DNA from: Blasia pusilla
Taxonomy: Eukaryota
NCBI GenBank assembly: GCA_050084515.1
Contig: CM114271.1
Location: forward strand, 6,510,001-6,574,000
Length of the DNA stretch: 64,000 bases
Direction: 5' to 3'
Shown: piece by piece, positions 13,798 through 28,215 of the stretch
How the letters are laid out: every line of letters begins with the position of its first letter
Position numbering within the stretch: position 1 is the stretch's first letter
The notes under the pieces: model-generated
Database searches by the model: none
What the model was told of the DNA's origin: nothing
What the model saw: only the letters and a program-made list of their open reading frames with translations
Translations under genes and position numbers: made by a program

Positions 13798-16773
13798 TAA
13801 GGAGTAAGGACTGCAACGAATCACTGTTGTACCATAGAGCCTCCTATACGATGACGCCCTTACGTGTTGACGAGCGGTCACCAGCCTTAGGCAAAACGTC
13901 CCCGATTAGAGGTCCCGTGAGAAATTGTGACGAGTGGAGTCACATGTGGAAATCCAAAATTTCCGTTTCATAAGAAATGATGGTTTTTTTTTATGAAATA
14001 GTGGGTGGAAATTGGGAGAGGTTCAAAAATTATTATCTGCTTATATTGGTGTAGCATGTGCCTTCTAATGGATTAATTTTGATAAGTTGTGTTTCAAATA
14101 AAAAAATTTTAAAAACTATGTTACAAAAGTATTTTTTGGTTGCCCAGTTGTATGAAAAATGTTTTCTTGTTATCTACAGGTCGTGTCTCAATCAAACACG
14201 TGATTGAAAATAAATAAATAAAAGTATGAGCCCAGAGTAGCATAAATAAAGTATTGTTTAACCCTCTTATTCATTGGACTAGGGCTAATATTCATTTTCT
14301 CTTAAATTTCAAAACCAAAAAGAATTCTTTTGTAATATGAAAATATTTTCTTGTCGTCCAACATGAAATTGTTGTTAATTGAAATGTCATCCTCTCTTAA
14401 CAATATAACTAGATGGTGGGGAAGTCCAAAACACGGATGGCTAGAATTTCCACATCCTTTGGAGGATTGGAATAAAAATGGAAAGGAACAAAATTTTGAT
14501 TAGATGGGAGTATTCTCAAAAGTGGGGAAAAAATGATCCAAGGCAACATCCAATCGTCTACTATAACAAAAACTAGTATTTATGTGTGTGCACATGCATC
14601 CTCCTCATAAGGATCCAAAGGAGTTATCTTTGTCTTTGTATATGGAAAAGGATTCCTCCAACTCGATGCTCCCCTCCTCTCTTCCCCTTTTATGTATTTT
14701 TTATCCCTCTAGAAAGAATATGGATAGAGATAGAAGGATGAAGATGGACTCTCTCCTCGTCTGTACTCTTTGTCACTCCACATAAGGATGGAGAGGATCC
14801 ATCCCTCCAAGTTTTAGAGGAATGGAGAGAGTTGGAAGAAATTCGATTTGTTCATCTTCCCCAACCATCTCCTATTTCATTTATCTCATTTCCTCTCCCC
14901 TATTTAAAATTTATTACGACCCCTACTTATAGCCCCTATTTCGTGTCTTGGATCACCGTTTCACCACGTCTTCCCGACTTCAGAGGCGATGCAAGATGTC
15001 CACCTACCATAATGAGGGTCGTGTCGTCCTTACAACCAATAGAAGTATAGAGGTAACTCAAGAGGTCAGTTCGCCGCCAGTCGGTGAGTGTCACGACTCT
15101 TGCGCGATGTAACTCGACGTCAGGTTTTGGCGACCCGATTTCAAAAGATCGCATGCACTCCATTACACGCACTTCTAATCAGGGGATAGCTGATAAGGAT
15201 GCATACTCGTCTCTTTCTATTTTGATCAAATTTACTCATGCCATGTCAGTAGATGAAGGAATCAATCGGTTCTCTACAAATGAACGCAACACTATACCAG
15301 CTTTGCTCGTGTATAGGGCATTGCATAGCGTCGGTTGAAGGTCGGCAGCTAGTGTAATCTGTAACCTACCTTGTCACACATTTCGATTCGCATTAGTGAC
15401 ATGCGATCACCTCTGTCTCCATTCTTAGTAAGAATTGGTGTGAATTACAGGGATCAGACAGTGTATGAATTGTCTATTTCTGGAAACGATTGTGTCTATT
15501 AGGTTTCCAGCTGCAAATTTTGCATGAATGGCGATGGTAGACCTGTCTGAAAGCTAGGTGCGATGTAGTTCATAGCATCCTGAATTCAATTCCTTGCTTG
15601 CTACAATCACGGGGACTATTACATACAAGATCTTTGTTTCTCTGTGCTCGCACGACTATACTCTTTTATCCAATGTCTTGCTTCTTTGCTCTAGCTAGTT
15701 GCGGTTGGTTTGACACTCAAAATCTGAGTGCAATTTCCCTTGCTCTATCCCAGAGTATGGTGACAGCACCTAAAGCATATTTTAAGGCTGTACTAGTGCG
15801 CCTCCATCAAACTGGAGGCCCATGATCATGAGCTTTTATTGCAGGGCATAGCCACATACAGAAGGAATGATTGCTTTCCTATCTCTACTGATCGGTGTCG
15901 ACCGTATATGTATGTCATTTTCATAGGGTGTCTCTTGGCCCCTACTGTTAAATCGACAGCTGCTCCACTGTGCTCTCTTGCTGTGCATTCTTTGTTTGTT
16001 GTTATGCACTCCAATGGATATCGTTGGATCCTAGGTTTTCACAGGGAAGACAGGAGCAGCCAGCGATCTCACCTGCTGCAAATTGAGGTCCTACTGTTGC
16101 ACTGCTCACTCATACAATCTACCATACTATGAGTACATGACTATTTTCTTGCAAGAATATCATAGGTTCGCTAACTGACTTTATAGTCTGTTAACCCATT
16201 TCATCAGGATTTCTCTCACCGGTCGCTACATCTGCTAAGTTGTCATTCTCATTTCTCAAGCTCTAGCACACTACACGAATAGTGGTAATTCCTCTTGCTT
16301 CACAGCCCGCGTAACCCACTATCTAAGATTTCTTTGAATGGCACCGAAGGTTTGTGTCCAATCATTTTTGGACCACAAACACGCTCCGTGAATGTCTGGT
16401 GTGTGTATGTAGCCCAACTGACCAGGATTGCTCATATTTTTATTCTAAATTTAGGTATATATTTCACAACTTACACTGATGCATTTATCGACATACATGC
16501 TCACTACCAAATTATTCTTTTTTCCTATGCTTTGCCGTTGCTATTCATAATCCGTCTATAGTTCACACCTGATAACTAAACCTACCAGCAGCTTTTGTCT
16601 ATAGCTCTTCTCTGCTATCCATACTCAGATGCGGCCATGACATGACTGCCATTCCTGTACTTAAAAAATATCGAGTTGAAGCCTATTCAAAAATCAGTAT
16701 GGCAACAAAGTGATTGAGACGTCCACCTACAGGAATCCGGTTATACTCAGCCGCTACTCATCGCTCATATAAA

Positions 16774-17528
16774 CGTTGAAATCAAAATTCTACTTCCTCT
16801 CAGATCTTACTTTTAAAACTTTAAAGGATAGAAAGATAGTAGATCTCGACAGGATCCTCCACTGAACCATGTATATGAGGATAATCATTTACAAACCTAA
16901 AAGAGCAAATATGAAATGGATTCCATGTAGAACTGGTCTACAACTTCAATTGAGAATTGGGTGTTTGAAAAGCAACACCTTACTAGAATACACAAGTCCT
17001 AAAGAGAGGTGGTTGAAACCAAGATGCATGAATTTGTGCTAGATTGGTTCTTGGAGCATTCTCCACACCAATGCACATTCCTTCTTAGTTGATCAAGGCA
17101 CCATCAGAGGCTCAGGTATGTAGGAGCTAATCTCAAAACCCACAGCCTTGGAGGGCAAGAGTAGAAGTGAATCAAAGAAGAAGGGAAGAGAGGGGGAGTT
17201 ATATAGTTTCCTAGAAGAGACCAGCAGAAGGGACCACTACATGGTAAGGCAAGGTGGAAGGGCCAGCACAACAGGAGCAGGCCAACACACCACGAACAGA
17301 CCAACATATTATGAGCAGGACATCACAACATGCCAACACAGTAAGGTTAGGCCAGCACACCATGTGCACAATTAAACATAACCAAAACTCACAAGAATAG
17401 TTAAAGAGGTAACTAGTAAACTCACTGAGACTTGTAACTATGATAAACAACTAACCATAGTTTGCACAACTAACCATAGTTCAAAAACTAGAAGAAAACA
17501 TCAGAAAATTTTATGTGAAATCCTAACA
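16774..17528 (-). mobile_element. Solo LTR, copy 1 (Copia-like TGTTAG...TTCAAC termini)
   Basis: Reverse-complement homolog of 19215-19937; 5-bp TSD ATAAA at 16769-16773 and 17529-17533. Confidence 0.88.
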
Positions 17529-19214
17529 ATAAACTCACTACATCTAGTTTACCATACATACTTGTCGATCAGAGTTTCGAACTTCATGTTCGAACAAAGC
17601 ACCACTGCACATCCACTAGTTTCACTCAGCTTTAGGATGGTTGGCTATCATCTTGCAAATGATCGGAAACTTCATCGAGGAACCATCCATTGATCTATCT
17701 AGCCCCGCCGTGTTATAGTAAATCTTCATATCATACAACCGGCACTAATCCATCTTGTTTTGTGTGCATTTCAGTTGGTAGAGGTCATGGTTCGATAATT
17801 GACAAGCTCGAGGATCATGAGTTTACAAGACCAACTAAGAAAACACACTCAGCCTGATCCTAACTTTTTGATATAGCCAAAGCAGCTGAGACAAATCACC
17901 AAGATCGACTGCCTGCAAAGTGCGTGCCTTAAGACATTTAGATTAAAATTCAACTGCACTCATTAACTTGTCTGTGTAATCAAGTCATTTCCATATGCAA
18001 CATATGCCACACTCCTATGTATGTAGCATAATTGAATCAGCCGCCAGAATACTCTCACCATGATTAAATCTCTGAACAAGCCTTAACGAATTTCAAACTT
18101 GGTAATAAGCTAGACACATCCCCTCGTGTTTGTAACCGAGATGATTTTCATATGGGGTAACTTCCACATTCCTGCCTAATTCATATAACAAGATCAGTTG
18201 AGGATCAGCCCCCAATGTCATGTCATTGTACAGGCCTTGATAGCATTTAAAGTGGTGTTCAATTGCACTCATTACCTCAAGACAATGAACCATGACTTTG
18301 AGAATTATCGACAACTTCATCCATGAAGCATCTTTCGATCTATCCATCTACGACACCTAATAGTAAATCTTGATATCACACATCCGAAAGTGATCCAACT
18401 TGTTGTTTACGGGCTTTAGTTGCTAGTTTTTACCTTCGGCGCTTAACATGATTGGGGATAAGAAGGCTTGGAGATCAAGAGTTCACAACACCAACTGAGA
18501 AACACATGCAACCCGATCCTACCTACTTGATATAGCGAAACCACTTGAGATTGTGTGCTTGGGCAGTGCCCCAAGACATGTAGATTCAAATTCAGTTGGA
18601 CCCATTAACTCGTCTGTGCAACCGGTAGTGATTGTTCTTGTTGTTTATGCACTTCAGTTGATAGTGTTTACCCTCCGGTGCTTGACAAGATTTGGGATCA
18701 TAAGTCCATAGAACCAGTTGAGAAAATACAATCATCCACATCCTGCCTACTCACTTAACAAGATCAGCTAAACCAAGTTATGGATCATGTGCCTATGGAG
18801 GCCCTAACGACATTTAAGCTCAAAGTCCAACCGGGCTCATTACCTCGTCGTTGTAATTGAAATCATTTCCATACACAGCAAGTGCCCCAGCCCTGCTCAG
18901 CTATCATAACACAACCAAGCTGCGAGAGTACAGTCACCATAATTCTGCACTTGCACATGTCTTAACGTAATTTATGCTTAGTAATCAATTGAGCACATCA
19001 CATCATCTCTGTAACCCAGCTCATTTGCATATGAGGTAATTGTATCATCCCTACTTAATTGACATAACAAAACAGTGAGTGACGTCTTATTCCCCTACAG
19101 AACCTCACGACATTTAAGTCGGTGTTGATTGGAGCTCATCAACCCGTGTTAGTAATTCAGCTCACACCTCAGTTTGCCTCTCATTTGTCCTTGGTACCTT
19201 TCCGATCATATATG

Positions 19215-19937
19215 TGTTAGGATTTCACATAAAATTGTCTATTGTTTTCTTCCAGTTTTTGAACTATGGTTAGTTCTGCAAACTATGGTTGGAAGTTTAT
19301 CATAGTTACAAGTCTCAATTAGTTTACTAGTTACCTCTTTTAACTATTCTTATGAGTTTTGGTTATGTTTAATTGTGCACATGGTGTGATGGCCTCCCCC
19401 CCTGTGGTCTTTGGCCTATTCTCGGTGTGATGGCTCGCTCATCATCTTTGGCCCTTCCACCTTGCCCATGCAGTGGTCCCTTTTGCTGGTCTTTTCTAGG
19501 AAACTATATAACTCCCCCTCTCTTCCCTTCTTCTTTGATTCACTTCTACTCCTGCCCTCTAAGGCTGTGGGTTTTGAGATTAGCTCCTACAAACCTGAAC
19601 CTCTGATGGTGTCTTGATCAACTAAGAAGGAATGTGCATTGGTGTGGAGAATGCTCCAAGTACCAATCTAGCACAAACTCCTACATCTTGGTTTCAACCA
19701 CCTCTCTTTAGGACTTGTGTATTCTAATAAGGTGTTGCTTTTCAAGCACCCTGTTCTCAATAGAAGTTGTAGACCAGTTCTACATGCAATCCACTTCAAT
19801 TTTGCTCTTTTCAGGTTTGTAAGTGATTACCCTCATGTACATGGTTCAGTGGAAGATCCTGTCGGGATCTACTCTCTTTCTATCATTTTAAGGTTTTAAA
19901 AGTAGATTTGAGAGGAAGTAGAATTCTGATTTCAAAA
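19215..19937 (+). mobile_element. Solo LTR, copy 2 (same family)
   Basis: Starts TGTTAGGATTTCAC and ends GATTTCAAAA (CA mutated); 5-bp TSD ATATG at 19210-19214 and 19938-19942; internal TATATAA. Confidence 0.88.
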
Positions 19938-20712
19938 ATATGCTATGACAAGGATACATCTCCCCAAACATGTCCAAATTGTTCAACAAAGGTCTCGGCT
20001 AATATCTTGCAGAGTTTGAGCAAGAACTCGGACAACAAAGAGAAATAAGCTGCTACAAAGATCTGTCAACAAAGTGTGGTCTTTTATCTCTTCAATTCGA
20101 CAATCGTGGGTCCGCCAATGCTCTAATCCTATAAAGTAGATGGTGTGTCGTGGTTACTGCGGTGCAGTATCATAAAACAATGGCCAGTTACGTTTACAGT
20201 ATGTTCTCGGCTACCCGCCTTATGGACTCTGTAATGGATATATGCTATAGTATATGGTAGGTTCACCTGGAACTTTCTAGGTTTGTTGTCAATGCTCATC
20301 CACTACCAACGAGACGTCCATTGCTGCAAACACTTGCTCTAATGTCTATATGATACATGATTATATCAGAGATGTATTTGCACTAAACACGTTGTATCTA
20401 CAACTTTTATCCCTCGTGGACACAAGGATTGGCATAGAGACAAGATATAATGGTTTTCACCGTGGGTTTTTCCAGATCACCGCCCTCATTGAATGTCCTC
20501 TTGTTGGCTGGAATATGCCTCAGCCCACCACAGTCGACGCTCATCATATATCCAGGCAGATTAGCAAGGTTCTTTTAGTCAGCCTTCATGTGAATGAACT
20601 ATATTCACAATACATACCAGTGATAGAACTTCTTGAAACTACATGTGGTCTTGTTGTCTTGCCATCTTATTGTGTAGATAATATTGTAAAAGCGTGTCAA
20701 GAAAAGGGTTAG

Positions 20713-23210
20713 TTGACACATAGCATGGCAGCCGACCCATATAACGCAAAGTTAGATGTTCTCCAGGACATCCAATACTCTCTCCTAGTAAGAAAGAGGC
20801 CTTCCTATGACAATTTCCACAATGGAAACATTTTTCTCAGAGAGGCAGCCCATTGCAAGGAACATTTCTTCAATGACAATAACGATATTTCACTAGATAG
20901 TAGACTAACTATTGAAACTAGTATTTTTCCATTTTTATTCCCTTACCTACGAGGATATTTCACTAGAAAAACAACGTTTGCTGAGTATATATGTGCCCGA
21001 ATACAACAACTATTTATAGTTTTCACTCTTTATAAGCCATATATTCTTGTTATGCACCAATTAAGACAAGCTATTGCACTGGCTGCCTCTAGCTGTGTGT
21101 GCATATTGAGCAGAGAGCTAGACCTACTTAAAAAAAACATCTTGACTTGGCCAAAGAGCAATTGTATACTCGTCTATCCAAATATAGTTTCACCTCACAA
21201 ATTCCAGGAAGTCCTTCTTGGCAGAGGCGACACCTTCATGACCTTAAGGCAATGGTAAAAAAATGGGGGATGCTCAATTTTTTCCTTACCCTTACTTCAG
21301 ATGAAGTATCCAACAATAGATGGCCAAAAATTGATGATATAGAGTCCATTGCTAAAAAAATTAATCCTACCTTTACATGGAGAGATGCTCATATGGAATA
21401 TGCTGTTCTATTTCATACTCGTCTTAAGATATTTCTTCGTTACTATATTCTTGATGGGCCTCAAATTCTTGGTCGTGTCCAAAACTATCTTATAAGGTAC
21501 GAGCTTCAGAATAGAGGTAGCATTCACGCCCACATTATTTTGTGGGTCCATACCGCAGATGTAGATCAAACCACAAATGAAATCTCTTCTTATATTCCTT
21601 CAGTACATTCTATAACTCCACCTAATCAAGTTCGTTCTAATGAACTATCAATCCTCCACCACTATGTTGAAACCAAACAGATTCACAAGTGACGGGTATC
21701 AACATCATTGGAAGGACGGCAAACCACCCACCCTATTGCCCGATTAGATTTCCTTTCTTACATACCTATCATCTAAATGCATGTAGACCCAATTACCTTG
21801 AGATGGAACTATTACAGATCTGGACACCATCACATAAACGTTATACCCTACCATCCCACTGTTCTTTTACTTTGGAGAGCCCATATGAACCTATAGCGTG
21901 TAACAAACGTCCAATGGTCTCTTTACTTTCTGAAGTATGCACTCAAATTTGTTTGAATGTAACTACATGTGCAAGACAACTTGGACTCGATGGCCTAGAT
22001 GAGGTGAGACTCAAACTCGTGTCGGGATTAATATTAAACAAGTCGGTATCCTCAATTGAAGTTTCCTTAACAGTTGTGAAAATACCTATAATACAAAGGT
22101 CTCAGGGTGTCACTTATATTGATTCTATTCCACCATGTCGTCAAACAGCACTTTACAAAAACTTGACGATTCTCTGTATCCACCCGCCATATTGTATTGT
22201 CATTGATGGGAGTGTCTTTCTTAGCTAACCTTCATTTAGTTCTGGATAACACACGAGGAACTTAGGGTTGAATAAAAAATTGGTAACAACATTATTGCCG
22301 CAAACTATGTTGGCAACTTTGTGTACTATTAGCGGCTAGTGACCTTTAATCCTTTTTCAGGAAAGTTAATAATCGTTGTTGGTGATCTCTGTCAAGTGCC
22401 ACCAATGTGCCGTCATAACTCTGCCAGCTTTTGCATGTTATGTCATATTTCATCATCTCCATTCTTTCCTACACTCCCCAAGTACAACCTCACTATAGGG
22501 TTGAGACACAACTCTGATCCCCCATTTATGCATTTCCTCTGTAATGTCAGAGCAACTCTACCTACCCAAACTGATGTAGATCAATGTCTTGGCAATTGTT
22601 TTGTTGATGGAAACTCTACTACTGACTTCCTCGATGAACATAGACAAAAAATCTATTCTCACCGCTGCAACGTACAACTTTTCAATCTCATTGCAATTAG
22701 AAGATTATTTGGTGATGCTGACATGATTCCTGTCACAGTCATATCAAATGCACCTGCAGATCCACAATTTTAGAAATGGATTCATGGTCAAGAATTCCAT
22801 CAGCTCTAGTTTATTGCAATCAAATGCAAGGTCATGCTCACTAGCAATATCGACATATCCATACAGGCAGTCAATGGGGCATTTGCGTCTGTTGTAAACT
22901 GTGTATTTGTTTCCAATCAAATGAAAATAATAATTGCAAGGTTGCAGTCCAACAGCAGAGTTATCCCCATATCAAGAATGAACTTCTCTACTCTCTGACA
23001 TGGGCCCGACCAAAAATATAAAAAAACTTTCCCCCTCATTCTTACTTATGCAATGACGGCTCACAAAAGTCAAGGCATGAAAATAGATAGAAAATGCCTT
23101 CTTGTTATAAAAACAATATTTGTTCCTCGTCTTGTTTAAGTAATGCTCTCTAGGGTGAAGCCAAGGAAGAACCTACGAATCCTTGGATCAATTTTCCCAT
23201 TGGACTTACG
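20713..23210 (+). pseudogene. Helitron RepHel (HUH Rep + PIF1-type helicase), fragmented
   Basis: Rep motifs: IFPFLFPYLRG, PGSPSW..DLKAMVKKWGMLNFFLTLT, HUH motif YELQNRGSIHAHIILW (~21500-21545), PYHPTVLLLWRAHMN..YFLKYALK (~21845-21950). Helicase motifs: PFSGKLIIVVGDLCQVPP, LRHNSDP, VNGA, FPLILTYAMTAHKSQG, MLSRVK. No Walker A seen, probably deleted. Confidence 0.92.
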
Positions 23211-26200
23211 TGTTTTTGGCCAGAGGAATATAGATATAACCTAGTTGTTATTGCTCACAATATGATTGGTTTTAGCATGGCAAGCAGCGATAGCTCTGCA
23301 AAGGGTCGGGGAAGGAGACAACCCATTCCTACTGTTCTTAGTCATGTTGCAAAAAAAAACAGTTGTACCAGCTACACAGCGAGGTGGAACAATTTTCTTA
23401 AGTGACGGCAAGTCCGATGAAAAGTACAAAGCTACTCAAGCTCCGCTGCGACAACAACCTGATCAACACGCGCAAAACACCAATCAGGTTTGTGTAAACT
23501 CATTACCTGTCAATAGCGTAAGTCTTCAAATGACTATCACTAACTTAACTCAATCAGCTACCAAGATTGTACGTTGCCAAGATGATACTCAATGACATGC
23601 CTGAACTTCCACACGACAATCCCCCTCAGATTGTTCCCTCCGACAGATACCTAATTAAAGTATGCCAACAGCCACCTGCAACAGGTCAGCGGTGCATACT
23701 ACTTATGTTATGTTTATATGCGACATTACATTTGTGTTTCAGTATAACTTATAACTCTTATCCTATTCTGTGTTCAGGAATCCAGAAAGAGATTATGACT
23801 TTGAAGAGAGTTCCATTTGATGAATCTACCCTTTCAAGATAGCAAGCATCTGCCCACCATGTTAGGCTCACAAGTGGCATAAAGCCAGATCAGTTCCAAG
23901 GAGTGAGGCTTATCATGAAGCTTCCCATTAAACTCCTTGTGGACCTCTCATCCGCTAAGGCTACGCACTTGTTGTCGAAACTTCGAGATGCACGAGAAGA
24001 TGGAGAACTCTCTATTACTCCTACTAGTGATCAACATAGAAATGTCGTGGGCCAATTCTTAAACACATCTAGCAGTTTATACATGGTTGGCGCTACTGCA
24101 ACTCATGCATCGTCTGTGAACTTACAAGCCCCTAGTACCTCTTATGAGGAACCACTTGTGCCCGAATCAACAAACAAGAGAAAGTGTACATGATGCTTGT
24201 ACTTAGGTCTATTGTTTGCCCTCAACATGTTACTTTCCTAAACATTTCTTTCAAAACCTCTTTTTAACTAATTTTCTTGGTTGTGAACATGCAGGCCCAA
24301 CATCAACTAACATCCTCGATGTCTTGAACTACCCGCTTCTCTAATGTTGTCTAAGTAGTAGAATTTTCTGCGTGGGTGTTCACCTATCATTTAACTAACC
24401 GTTATAGCTATGTTTCATCCCCACTAGTATAGTTACTATCTGTTCACGGTTTCCACCTACAGTAGTGGGTTAGCACTACCTTCTTCACAGTCTTTCCAAA
24501 TATCTCGCAGTACTTCCGAAGTTTGCTTCGTCTCTGTATAACCTTCCTTTTTTTGGACATTACTTAACATCTTCCACCTGTTTCATTCAATATCTATTTC
24601 AATCTATCTGCTACAAATTTTCTCGACTATTTACTGTTGGTTTACATGTGAATCATATCAATGCTTGATATTTCAACTGAAATATGTCTTACACTTGTTT
24701 TACACTTGTTTCAATGTTATGAATTTTCTCTTTTACAACAATGATTATGCGTATTGGTTTTCATGGTGTAGTCTATTATTGAACTTATGAATTTGCACTC
24801 TGATTACGATCATCATTACTTGGTTATCTCTGAACACCCTATTGTTTTCACTTGTTGTTCATTCTTCACCTCTACTTATACATATGTTTGCTCTTGTTTA
24901 TTTAGTCCTTCTCCATGCTTACGTTATTCTAAAGCTGCCTTTCAATTCCTCTTCTTTTATGTTGCAGAAAAATAAGTAGGTTTGTTCTACAGCGAGTGAC
25001 CATAACTCACCTGCCAACAACATGCTCAAGAGTTCTACTGCCAGGTTCAAGAAACAACTATATGTACATCATGATGTCGATCACCAGACACTTAACAAAG
25101 GAGCTGGATCGTTGAAAATGGTTCCATTGTCTATGTTCAATGCATCAATGAAGAACATTGAAATTTTGCAAGAGCAATTCTCCAAAACGGATATTAGGAA
25201 TAAGACTCTTCATCAGGTCTTACGTTACATAAGTGAAGATCAGGGTCCTAACCTCGCCACTATCCTTATTTTATAGGGAAAAATCAATGAGATGAGTGAG
25301 GCGATTCATCTTGTAGCTACCTATTGTCGCGACATGCATCCAAATGATAATACGCCGCTCCACACATTTTGAATCTAGAAACAGTTTTCTTTGCATAGTA
25401 GCTTTAGTATGAAAATACTTGCCTAACAAACTCTTCTTGCTAAGCATCAATTTTTGGCTTAGTTCGACTGTCTAAGATGTATCCTTTTTTACCGACTGGT
25501 TGTGTGTTCATACACTTACTCCGTTGTCCCTTATACATCTTGTTCTATCTGAACTTTGATCAGTAAACCATTGAAATCTTTTCAAGATTTCAGTCTACAT
25601 GTCATTTTGAAACTTCACATTGACTCTGACTCTCATTTCACACATTGGTATGTTTTGCAAAGGAGAGACTTATCATTCTTTTAGTATATTCTTTCATGCA
25701 CAATTTCTCATTTTTTAACGTCAGCACTTTCTGTCAACGGTTAGGACTTGCACTTTCTTACCTATAAGCCAATAATACACGATTTCTCTTCGCCACATTC
25801 TTCCTGTCACTTCATTACAATTCTTAATTCCTACCATTCATCTATCATTATATTTCTAGAGATATTGATGTTGTGTGTCAATAACAACCTCATATGTCAG
25901 CGATAGGTTTCCACATTTCATAACTTTTACTTGCATACGTATTCTTGGTGCAACTTGTCTCACAAAGTTCGGCATTGTACTCAATTATTATGGTAGCATG
26001 ATTATTTCGTGCACTTTTATTTCAACTGTGTTCCTTATCCATGAACTTGCATTGCGTTGGTTCTAACATTCGATGTTCAATATTCACTTGTCATCAACTA
26101 CTCTGGCCGCCATATTCACCTCGTTTGAAATAGTTTCTAAGTTCTACTAATAGGTTGCCTCATCTAAAGCAGATGTCTGTGAATAAGCTTACTATGCTAT

Positions 26201-28215
26201 TAAGCCTCCCAGCCTCTTCGAACACACACCATCAAGGCTTGCACACAATTTGGATTGTCTTAATCAAACCACGATGCTCAGTCACAAAAATGTAAAGCCA
26301 ACTTAATATTCATGGAATGGCGGGAAAAACTAACATTCATGCACTATACGCATTGGTGCTCGATCTCTTTTGAATTCTTCTCTACCGATTCTAGCACAAC
26401 TAAGTTCACACACTATTGCAAGTTGTCTTATACATTGCATCCCCTCATTTTTATTGTCAACTTCATTATAGTAAGCTTTGTTCAACTTCTTCTCAACTCC
26501 ATTGGTACATCTCAGCCCATCGGCTTATTTTTTACTTCCTATTTTCGCACTACTCTACTATCACAACTACTTTTAGCTAGACGCATATCTTCACGTATTT
26601 ACATGTTACAGGTTCACTTGCGCTTACGCGATAGTGAATTTTTGGTTCCCACTTTTCACCGCACAACTCGCAACATGTTCACAACTTGGCAACAACTTTT
26701 CGGGGCTGCATTCTTGTTGAGTGTCTCTTCCCCCTCTCTTATTGGAAATTTAAAAATATTTTAAAAAGACCTTTAGAAAATCCTTTCTTTAGTAAAAAAA
26801 TTGTTTTTGTTGATTTTTTTTGAAATTCATGAAGTCCTCTCTTATTGAAAATTTTATACCTTTCTCCTTTCCCATCCCCTATTTTAAATCTATCCCTTAT
26901 TTTTGCTTCCCTTGCCTATTGAAATTTAAATAGCAAAAAATAGATCCACACAAGGAAACATTCTTTTATGAAAATTTGTCACCATCTTTTTCTTCCTCCC
27001 AAGTTTAAAATTACTTGTATCTACTATTTTTTTTAATCACTTGAATGAAATTTAATGTAAATTTTTTATAAAAAATATTATGATTGGATCAATCAAGAAG
27101 ATACATTTCAAGCCTTTTTCTATGTATAAAAAAATGAAACTTGTCCTAGAAGCGCAAACATCCTTATTAGAATAAATGTATCTTTACTTTTCAAAACTTT
27201 CATAGCTTTTCACAAGTCACTCCAGCATGAAAAAAATCTCACAAAGTTCTTAAAAACTAGTGTATCAAGGATAATCCAATTACTTACGTATACAAGATGT
27301 TCCTTACTTATAAATTGTGGTTGCAATCCGTAAAAGAAGAAACAAGGAACCTTTTAATTTTTTTTCAACAAAAACATAAATAATTTGAATTATACTATAT
27401 ATTTGAAGCTTTTCCCATGTTTTAGTTTCCATCATTGTCGCCAAGGCACCAAAGATCCAGATAAATGCACAAGCAAAAATCTTGCAATGGGCTTGGAGTC
27501 GTCCAAACTATAACTAAGGTTGAGGACCAGATAGAACGGCCTAAGAGAAATTCTTTAGATAAAGGGAGGGATGGATTTCTCTAGAATTATATCTAAGGGC
27601 AAAGATCTCCAAGGATATTTTGAACCTAAAATCCACCTAGGAAACCATGTGGGTTGAACCAAAGATACAAGATGGATTAAGAGGTTGCCTTTACGGTTTT
27701 GACGCAATGCAAAGTCCATATAGTTCTTAGATATTAACCTTAGATGTTAACATATGACTCAAATATTGAGTTGTACTTAAGACTTGTTTGAGTTCCCTTG
27801 GGTATTTCCCCTAGACATGTGAGCATCCTTTTAGGTCCCTTAATAATGAATGAAGTTTGTCTCAAGTCTTGAATGACTTACATGTGTGGGAGGGATGAGG
27901 AGTTAAGTCTAGATTTGATTCCTTCGGGATTTGTTGAGCTTGAAGGTTGACTTCACACCTAGACTGAAGAGATGCAAATCTGGTTGACCTAAAATGTATC
28001 ATGTATGAGTGTTTGGATGTAAATTAGTAAGGAGAACATGAAATTGAATGCAAGCTTCCGCGACACACAAGATTGACATTGAAGGAGATAGATGCACAAC
28101 ACATGGTATGAGAGCTAATCCTTGATAAGCGTGGACTCGGGTTATAGGAGGTGATTAGGCGCTTAGGAGATGTCATGGGCATACATATTGCTACACAATA
28201 CATATTGCTGGTCAC

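Larger units (their letters stand above)
14920..26720 (+). mobile_element. Helitron-like rolling-circle element, decayed; boundaries approximate
   Basis: Rep and PIF1 helicase remnants at ~20700-23210. Ends are only guessed from a compositional change and a weak AGCCCC (~14931) / GGGGCT (~26702) inverted motif. Confidence 0.5.

Noticed and set aside
16774-19937. Foldback/TIR DNA transposon with ~730-bp TIRs
   Set aside because: Each arm has LTR-type termini and its own distinct 5-bp TSD.
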